A stretch of 5,407 nt of DNA from an uncultured Gammaproteobacteria bacterium (GTDB lineage Bacteria > Patescibacteriota > Microgenomatia > Daviesbacterales > UBA10151): NCBI GenBank assembly GCA_964522265.1, contig CAZFVS010000054.1:1984-7390 (forward strand), in the 5' to 3' direction. Below the pieces are notes generated by a model. That model had not been told where the DNA came from. It searched no databases and worked only from the letters and a program-made list of their open reading frames with translations. Positions 1 through 4,001 of the stretch are shown here, in pieces. The position numbers and the translations under genes were made by a program. The stretch's first letter is position 1. Each line of letters opens with the position of its first letter.

Positions 1-356
1 ATATGTTTTTCCTCATTATTCAAGATGTGGTTTTGGCCAGATTTCACTTCAATAAAATCAATTCTTTCATTATTTTTAATGCCGATAAAATCAATCGGCC
101 ATCCTAGAGGTATAATCCGGTCGTAATCGTACCTTAACTCTGCATAAATTAAAAGCTCTGCCATCTTTCCTTTTTGCGGGTTAATTGACCCTTGAATCGT
201 TTGAAATATCTTAAGCGGAAGATTTTCGACTTGTTTATACAAATCGATTAAATCCCGGGGAATTTCAGAAGATTTTCGTGAGTGTAGTCTACCTATGAGA
301 TAGGTTATTATAAAACCCAGTATTATAAATATTAATATCTTCCAATCTAAATACAT
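1..356 (-). CDS. Partial CDS (N-terminal 118 codons; C-terminus lies beyond the window edge). Small membrane-anchored PD-(D/E)xK nuclease-fold protein resembling the bacterial family of endonucleases related to archaeal Holliday junction resolvase (Endonuc_Holl-like, from memory).
   Basis: Hand translation of the minus strand from ATG at 356-354 is open to position 1. It is absent from the ORF track, presumably because it is truncated. Sequence: MYLDWKILIFIILGFIITYLIGRLHSRKSSEIPRDLIDLYKQVENLPLKIFQTIQGSINPQKGKMAELLIYAELRYDYDRIIPLGWPIDFIGIKNNERIDFIEVKSGQNHILNNEEKH... There is one N-terminal hydrophobic helix (WKILIFIILGFIITYLIG). After it come KGKMAEL, PIDFIG and IDFIEVKSG, which fit a D...ExK restriction-endonuclease-like core. 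No SD lies upstream. Confidence 0.5.
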   Translation of the reverse strand, partial: MYLDWKILIFIILGFIITYLIGRLHSRKSSEIPRDLIDLYKQVENLPLKIFQTIQGSINPQKGKMAELLIYAELRYDYDRIIPLGWPIDFIGIKNNERIDFIEVKSGQNHILNNEEKH

Positions 357-375
357 AATATTAATTTAAAGAAAA

Positions 376-384
376 TTATCCACC
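376..384 (+). promoter_or_regulatory. DnaA box, 1 mismatch (TTATCCACC vs TTATCCACA)
   Basis: Direct read of the sequence at 376-384. Intergenic, in opposite orientation to the boxes at 512-554. Confidence 0.55.
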
Positions 385-446
385 TTTCAGTTAGATTATT
401 CTTAAATAATTATAATAGTAACCATAGATATAGGTGAGGTGCATAT

Positions 447-468
447 GTTTAAAAGTTTAAAATTTTAA
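447..468. repeat. Short AT-only tandem repeat GTTTAAAA-GTTTAAAA-TTTTAA (possible DNA unwinding element component)
   Basis: Direct read: gtttaaaa (447-454), gtttaaaa (455-462), ttttaa (463-468), lying between the opposed DnaA boxes. Confidence 0.4.
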
Positions 469-511
469 CACAAATTTCGTTATAAATTCGTGTTGAAAAA
501 CTGATTTAAAA

Positions 512-520
512 TGTGGATAA
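512..520 (-). promoter_or_regulatory. DnaA box, perfect consensus (TGTGGATAA on plus strand = TTATCCACA on minus)
   Basis: Direct read at 512-520. Intergenic, 36 nt beyond the dnaA stop codon. Confidence 0.75.
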
Positions 521-523
521 GTC

Positions 524-532
524 AGTGGATAA
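524..532 (-). promoter_or_regulatory. DnaA box, 1 mismatch (AGTGGATAA)
   Basis: Direct read at 524-532, starting 12 nt after the start of the perfect box and in the same orientation. Confidence 0.6.
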
Positions 533-545
533 TTCATGTTGTTTA

Positions 546-554
546 TGTGGAAAA
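546..554 (-). promoter_or_regulatory. DnaA box, 1 mismatch (TGTGGAAAA)
   Basis: Direct read at 546-554, same orientation as the two boxes above, ending one nucleotide before the dnaA stop codon (556-558). Confidence 0.5.
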
Positions 555-555
555 C

Positions 556-1908
556 TTAATTCATTAAATTCTGTTTCACTTCAACGAGCAATCTTTGTAT
601 TTCCCTATCCCTTTGGATTGAATGCCTGATTTTTTCTATTCCATGAAGGATTGTGGTATGGTCTCTTCCTCCCAGTATCTGGCCTATTTTTTCCATAGAT
701 AATCTGCAATCTTCATACATTATAAACATAGCCAGATGCCGTGGAAGTACAAGCTCTTTTTGTCTTCTCGGTCCCATTAAATCAGCCATTTTTAGGTTGA
801 AATATTGATTTATTCCAGACAATACTTTTTTATGGTCGAGGTTGCTAAGAGTTATTGGGGGTTTCCCTAAAAATTTTTTAATATAATCTAAATTAGGAGG
901 TGTTCCTTTTGCTTTAGTCATCTGTATAACCTGGGTTAATTTTCCCTCGAGCTCTCTGGTGTTTGAATCAACAGTTTCTGCTATCATTTTAATGTATTCT
1001 TCCGGGATGATTTCTGCTTTTTCTTTAACCTTAGCTTTTAAAATAGCCACCCTGGTATCAAAATCAGGCATTTGGATGTCAACCATTAGTCCTCCCTGAA
1101 AACGGGATTGAAGTCTTGGTTCAAGTTTGGCTATTTCGTGGGGAGGCCTGTCTGATGTTAAAATAAGCTGACTATTTTTATTTTGAAGGTCATTGAAGAC
1201 ATGAAAGAACTCTTCCTGTGTCGAATCCTTCCCGGAGATAAATTGGATGTCATCTATAAGAAGGATACTGCATGAACGGTATTTTTGACGGAAATCTCCG
1301 GTTTTTTTTGTTTGTATAGAATTTACAAAATCATTCATAAATCTTTCTGATGGTGCATAAACAATTTTAAGATATGGGTTTTTAGATAAAAGCGAGTTGC
1401 CAATCCCAACCATAAGATGTGTTTTCCCAACTCCAGATGGTCCATAAATAAAAAGGGGGTTGTATGAGATTCCCGGATTTTGAACTACGGCTTGGGCTGC
1501 AGCAAACGCAAGATTATTTGTAAGCCCCACAACAAAATTTTCCAAAGTATATTTGGGGTTTAATATGATTTGGTTATTGGGTTGTGATACCTGGGTAAAT
1601 TGAAAGATATCATCACCATCTTCCATGGTGTTTGTAAATTTTGAAGAATCAATTAAATAATTAATTGATAATGTTTTACCTAAACTTAGGGTTACCGCCT
1701 CAATAATCAGACCTTCATAACGGCGGATTAATTCTCCTTTATTGAATGCGGAAGGAACAATGATGGTTATTTTTTCATCGTTTATCTCACCCAGTGATGT
1801 TTTCGAAAACCAGATTTTGAAATTGGCAGCATTTATCCGATTTTTTATCACCTCAAGTACTTTTTGCCACTGATCCGCACCCATAACCTGTCTGTTTTTA
1901 GGTCTCAT
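556..1908 (-). CDS. dnaA: Chromosomal replication initiator protein DnaA (450 aa)
   Basis: ORF-track protein carries Walker A GPSGVGKTHL, Walker B LLIDDIQF, sensor/box VII LILTSDRPP and RLQSRFQGGLMVDIQMPD, and the C-terminal DNA-binding signature LPRHLAMFIMYE...IGQILGGRDHTTILHGIEKI. It is divergent from rpmH, which is the classic arrangement. The start could alternatively be Met9 (ATG at 1884-1882). Neither start has an SD. Confidence 0.97.
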   Translation of the reverse strand: MRPKNRQVMGADQWQKVLEVIKNRINAANFKIWFSKTSLGEINDEKITIIVPSAFNKGELIRRYEGLIIEAVTLSLGKTLSINYLIDSSKFTNTMEDGDDIFQFTQVSQPNNQIILNPKYTLENFVVGLTNNLAFAAAQAVVQNPGISYNPLFIYGPSGVGKTHLMVGIGNSLLSKNPYLKIVYAPSERFMNDFVNSIQTKKTGDFRQKYRSCSILLIDDIQFISGKDSTQEEFFHVFNDLQNKNSQLILTSDRPPHEIAKLEPRLQSRFQGGLMVDIQMPDFDTRVAILKAKVKEKAEIIPEEYIKMIAETVDSNTRELEGKLTQVIQMTKAKGTPPNLDYIKKFLGKPPITLSNLDHKKVLSGINQYFNLKMADLMGPRRQKELVLPRHLAMFIMYEDCRLSMEKIGQILGGRDHTTILHGIEKIRHSIQRDREIQRLLVEVKQNLMN

Positions 1909-1917
1909 AATGGAAAA

Positions 1918-1947
1918 ATACTAGTGGATAAGTTATGAACAAGTAAA
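1918..1947 (-). promoter_or_regulatory. Putative sigma70-type dnaA promoter (minus strand: -35 TTTACT, 18-nt spacer, -10 TAGTAT) with a DnaA box in the spacer
   Basis: Plus-strand AGTAAA (1942-1947) reads as minus TTTACT, and plus-strand ATACTA (1918-1923) reads as minus TAGTAT. The -10 ends 9 nt before the ATG at 1908, which implies a very short or absent leader. This is motif-only prediction in AT-rich DNA. Confidence 0.3.
1923..1931 (-). promoter_or_regulatory. DnaA box, 1 mismatch (AGTGGATAA; minus strand TTATCCACT), 15 nt upstream of the dnaA start codon; likely autoregulatory
   Basis: Direct read. It shares the 10-mer GTGGATAAGT with the perfect box at 513-522. It lies inside the predicted dnaA promoter spacer and -10. 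Confidence 0.55.
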
Positions 1948-1985
1948 GATGGCTTTACTGTTTAAAAAGAGATCAATTTTAATTT

Positions 1986-2014
1986 TTGCTTTTTGAATTT
2001 TAAATATGTATACT
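1986..2014 (+). promoter_or_regulatory. Putative sigma70-type promoter for the rpmH-rnpA-yidD-yidC operon (-35 TTGCTT, 17-nt spacer, -10 TATACT)
   Basis: TTGCTT at 1986-1991 and TATACT at 2009-2014, with the spacer at 1992-2008 being 17 nt. The expected transcription start near 2020-2022 coincides with the GTG at 2021. Motif-only prediction. Confidence 0.35.
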
Positions 2015-2020
2015 TTAAGA

Positions 2021-2161
2021 GTGTCAACAAAAAGAACTTATCAACCAAAAAAGTTAAAAAGGGTTAAGAAACATGGTTTTATGGCCAGAATGTCCAGTCA
2101 AGGAGGGCAAAAAGTACTTAAAAGAAGAAGGGCTGAGGGAAGAGTAAGACTGACAGTCTAA
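2021..2161 (+). CDS. rpmH: 50S ribosomal protein L34 (46 aa from GTG at 2021; alternative in-frame ATG at 2006 would give 51 aa)
   Basis: Not in the ORF track because it is too short. Hand translation: (V/M)[45 protein letters not shown], ending at TAA 2159-2161. It matches the L34 hallmark KRTYQP...HGF.ARM...GG..VL..RR..GR..LTV. It sits between dnaA and rnpA as in most bacteria. Confidence 0.9.
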   Translation: MSTKRTYQPKKLKRVKKHGFMARMSSQGGQKVLKRRRAEGRVRLTV

Positions 2162-2165
2162 TTTT

Positions 2166-2492
2166 ATGCTGCCCAAGTCTAAAAGATTAAACCTCAAAAG
2201 AAATTTTAACTGGGTTGTTTCCGGTAAAAAAATTGAAACAGCACTATTTAAATTATTTTATAGGATAGGGGAAAATACCAAACCCTTGATAGGTGTAGCA
2301 ATCTCAAAAAATATAATTAAAAAAGCACACGATAGGAATAAAACAAAAAGACTTATTTTCGGAGCTGCCGGTAAATTTTACACTGACTTGCCAAACAACC
2401 TAAATTTAGTTATCATGCCAAAAGGCGACATTAGCAATAAAAAGATTGACCAATTAGCAAATGAACTCAGTATTATTAAAGACTATAACTAA
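2166..2492 (+). CDS. rnpA: Ribonuclease P protein component (108 aa)
   Basis: Small basic protein starting 5 nt after rpmH. N-terminal MLPKSKRL and the RNR-like motif KKAHDRNKTKRLI are typical of RnpA. Synteny is the conserved rpmH-rnpA-yidD-yidC order. Confidence 0.88.
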   Translation: MLPKSKRLNLKRNFNWVVSGKKIETALFKLFYRIGENTKPLIGVAISKNIIKKAHDRNKTKRLIFGAAGKFYTDLPNNLNLVIMPKGDISNKKIDQLANELSIIKDYN

Positions 2493-2673
2493 AGCAATCG
2501 ACTTTTATCAGAAATATTTATCTTTTGATAAAGGAATTCTGATGTTTTTATCACCGGGTGGGGCTTGCAGGTACGATTTGACATGTTCTGAATATACAAA
2601 GCAGATGATTTTAGAAAAAGGTATATTAAAAGGCCTATTTAAAGGAGCAAGGAGGATTATCTCGTGCAGGTGA
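2461..2673 (+). CDS. yidD: Membrane protein insertion efficiency factor YidD-like (70 aa), C-terminally short
   Basis: AIDFYQKYLS...SPGGACRYDLTCSEYTKQMILEKGILKGLFKGARRIISC matches the YidD pattern (YQ..iSP....CRF.PTCS.Y......G...G......RI..C). It lies between rnpA and yidC, overlapping rnpA by 32 nt and yidC by 10 nt. Confidence 0.8.
   Translation: MNSVLLKTITKAIDFYQKYLSFDKGILMFLSPGGACRYDLTCSEYTKQMILEKGILKGLFKGARRIISCR
2649..2655 (+). promoter_or_regulatory. Shine-Dalgarno sequence AAGGAGG for yidC
   Basis: AAGGAGG at 2649-2655, 8 nt upstream of GTG at 2664. A second AAGGAG lies at 2642-2647. This is the only strong SD I can find in front of any gene in the window. Confidence 0.7.
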
Positions 2674-3512
2674 TTGGCGATCTTTTTAACCAGCTTTTTC
2701 TTGCACCGATTATAAACCTGCTTGTCCTGATATTAAGGTTGCTTCAAGCAGCAAATACTCCGGGAGCCTTGGGTTTTGCAATTATTATTTTAACAGTGGT
2801 TATTAGGTTGGTAATATGGCCTTTTATGACGACACAACTTAAATCAGCCAAAAAAATGGCTGATTTAAAACCCCATCTTGATGAATTAAAAAAGAAGCAT
2901 GGTAAAGACAAACAGGCTTTTGCCAAAGCCCAGATGGATCTTTATAAAGAGCATGGGATTAATCCTGCAGGCGGATGCTTGCCGTCTATTATTCAGATAC
3001 CTATTATTTTAGCGCTGTATCAGGTGATACTTGCCCTGTTTGATTCTTCCGGACTGGACAAAATTAATTATTTTCTTTATACCCCATCATGGCATTTGGA
3101 TATACCACCCAACCCTAATTTTCTTGGGATTAGTTTAGCCGACAAACCCTCCGATTTTGCAAGAATTGGGATTTTTATTTTACTGATTCCGGTCATAACT
3201 GCTCTTTTACAGTTTGTTCAGTCTAAAATGATGATGTTTAATCCGCCAAAAATTAATAAATCTGATACCCTAAAAGAGAAAGAAAAAAAGGTTGAAACTG
3301 AAGAGACAATGGCTGCAGTACAAGGGCAGATGACTTATATGATGCCTATTATGATCGGTTTTTTTGCCTGGTCTTTCCCTGTTGGTATTGCAATATATTG
3401 GAATACATTTACCATTATGGGGATTTTGCAGCAACATAGGTTGTCCGGATGGGGAGGGATGAGTGATATGGTAAGGAGTATAAAAGCGAGGTTTAACAGA
3501 ATTAAACCTTGA
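2664..3512 (+). CDS. yidC: Membrane protein insertase YidC (short, Gram-positive/Oxa1-type, 282 aa; GTG start)
   Basis: Conserved TM1 arginine context IILTVVIRLVIWP, amphipathic KSAKKMADLKPHLDELKKKHG, NPAGGCLPSIIQIPIILALY, and C-terminal PVGIAIYWNTFTIMGILQQ. Strong SD upstream. An in-frame GTG at 2670 is an alternative start. Confidence 0.93.
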   Translation: MQVIGDLFNQLFLAPIINLLVLILRLLQAANTPGALGFAIIILTVVIRLVIWPFMTTQLKSAKKMADLKPHLDELKKKHGKDKQAFAKAQMDLYKEHGINPAGGCLPSIIQIPIILALYQVILALFDSSGLDKINYFLYTPSWHLDIPPNPNFLGISLADKPSDFARIGIFILLIPVITALLQFVQSKMMMFNPPKINKSDTLKEKEKKVETEETMAAVQGQMTYMMPIMIGFFAWSFPVGIAIYWNTFTIMGILQQHRLSGWGGMSDMVRSIKARFNRIKP

Positions 3513-3537
3513 CACTTCTTTGTATGCGCTATACACT
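3509..3537 (+). promoter_or_regulatory. Putative internal promoter ahead of jag/khpB-like gene (-35 TTGACA perfect, 17-nt spacer, -10 TACACT)
   Basis: TTGACA at 3509-3514 overlaps the yidC TGA stop (3510-3512). TACACT is at 3532-3537. An alternative -10, TATACA at 3530-3535, has a 15-nt spacer. The ATG at 3552 has no SD and would sit about 8 nt from the predicted transcription start. Confidence 0.35.
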
Positions 3538-3551
3538 ATCCCCCAGTTTAT

Positions 3552-4001
3552 ATGGAAGCTAAAGTATCTGAAATATTGGAATCTATTTTAAGTATGCTCT
3601 CGCTGGAGGGTTCTTTTGAAGTAGAAGAGAAAGATGAGGGGGTTTTTGTGTCAATAGATGCTTCTGAGCCGGGAAGATTGATTGGCCATCAGGGGCAAAC
3701 TTTGCAGGCACTTCAATTTCTGATTAATCAAATTCTTTTAAAACAGGTGGAGAACCCTAAACGGGTTATTCTGGATGTTTCTAATTGGAAACACGACAAA
3801 GAAGAGGAGTTGGTTCAAAAATCAGGGGTTTGGGCAGAGCAGGTGAAGAGAGAAGGTAAACCACTGGAACTTTTACCAATGCCTGCTTGGCAAAGGAGGA
3901 TTGTCCACATGATTATACAGGAAACAGACGGTGTTAAATCGGAAAGTATTGGTGAAGGGTTAGACAGACATCTGGTAATCAGCCCAGAAAACTCAGATTG
4001 A
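3552..4001 (+). CDS. Jag/KhpB (EloR)-like RNA-binding protein with KH and R3H domains, lacking the Jag_N domain (149 aa)
   Basis: KH-type GxxG loop in GRLIGHQGQTLQALQFLINQI. R3H-like region LPMPAWQRRIVHMIIQETDGVKSESIGEGLDRHLVISP. Its position directly after yidC matches the conserved yidC-jag pairing. Confidence 0.85.
   Translation: MEAKVSEILESILSMLSLEGSFEVEEKDEGVFVSIDASEPGRLIGHQGQTLQALQFLINQILLKQVENPKRVILDVSNWKHDKEEELVQKSGVWAEQVKREGKPLELLPMPAWQRRIVHMIIQETDGVKSESIGEGLDRHLVISPENSD

Larger units (their letters stand above)
357..555. other. Candidate chromosomal replication origin (oriC): DnaA-box cluster plus an AT-rich putative unwinding segment, immediately downstream of dnaA
   Basis: Non-coding spacer between two minus-strand genes. 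It holds one perfect and three 1-mismatch matches to the DnaA box TTATCCACA/TGTGGATAA, in convergent orientation around about 125 bp of very AT-rich DNA. That DNA contains a tandem GTTTAAAA GTTTAAAA TTTTAA (447-468) and an imperfect palindrome CACAAATTT-n6-AAATTCGTG (469-492). Confidence 0.6.

Noticed and set aside
445-468. 7-codon mini-ORF (MFKSLKF) preceded by an SD-like GGTGAGGT in the candidate origin
   Set aside because: The SD-to-ATG spacing is only 4 nt, the ORF is simply the AT-rich tandem repeat read in frame, and SD motifs are not otherwise used in this window. It is most likely coincidental.
469-492. Imperfect hairpin (CACAAATTT-n6-AAATTCGTG) as a rho-independent terminator for dnaA
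   Set aside because: The stem is almost entirely A/T with an internal mismatch and is not followed by a clean U-tract on the minus strand. I list it only as a structural element of the candidate origin.
1949-1996. 15-codon ORF (MALLFKKRSILIFAF) in the dnaA-rpmH spacer
   Set aside because: It has no SD, overlaps the predicted promoter elements of both flanking genes, and is too short to assess. I treat it as chance.
2744-2926. 60-aa minus-strand ORF from the supplied track
   Set aside because: It lies entirely antisense within the well-supported yidC CDS, has no recognisable motif, and has a low-complexity, Cys/Phe-rich composition typical of shadow ORFs in AT-rich DNA.
3270-3536. 88-aa minus-strand ORF from the supplied track
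   Set aside because: It is antisense to the conserved C-terminal part of yidC, with no family resemblance. It is a shadow ORF.
3901-3909. DnaA-box-like TTGTCCACA (1 mismatch) inside the jag-like CDS
   Set aside because: One or two single-mismatch hits are expected by chance in a window of this size. The mismatch is at position 3, which is normally A/T. The site is isolated and simply encodes the conserved R3H segment (RIVHM).
2159-4001. Possibility of an alternative genetic code (TGA recoded)
   Set aside because: yidD, yidC, the jag-like gene and the Wzy_C gene all end at TGA with normal protein lengths, and the next gene starts immediately. There are no in-frame TGA codons in the conserved proteins. 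The standard bacterial code fits.
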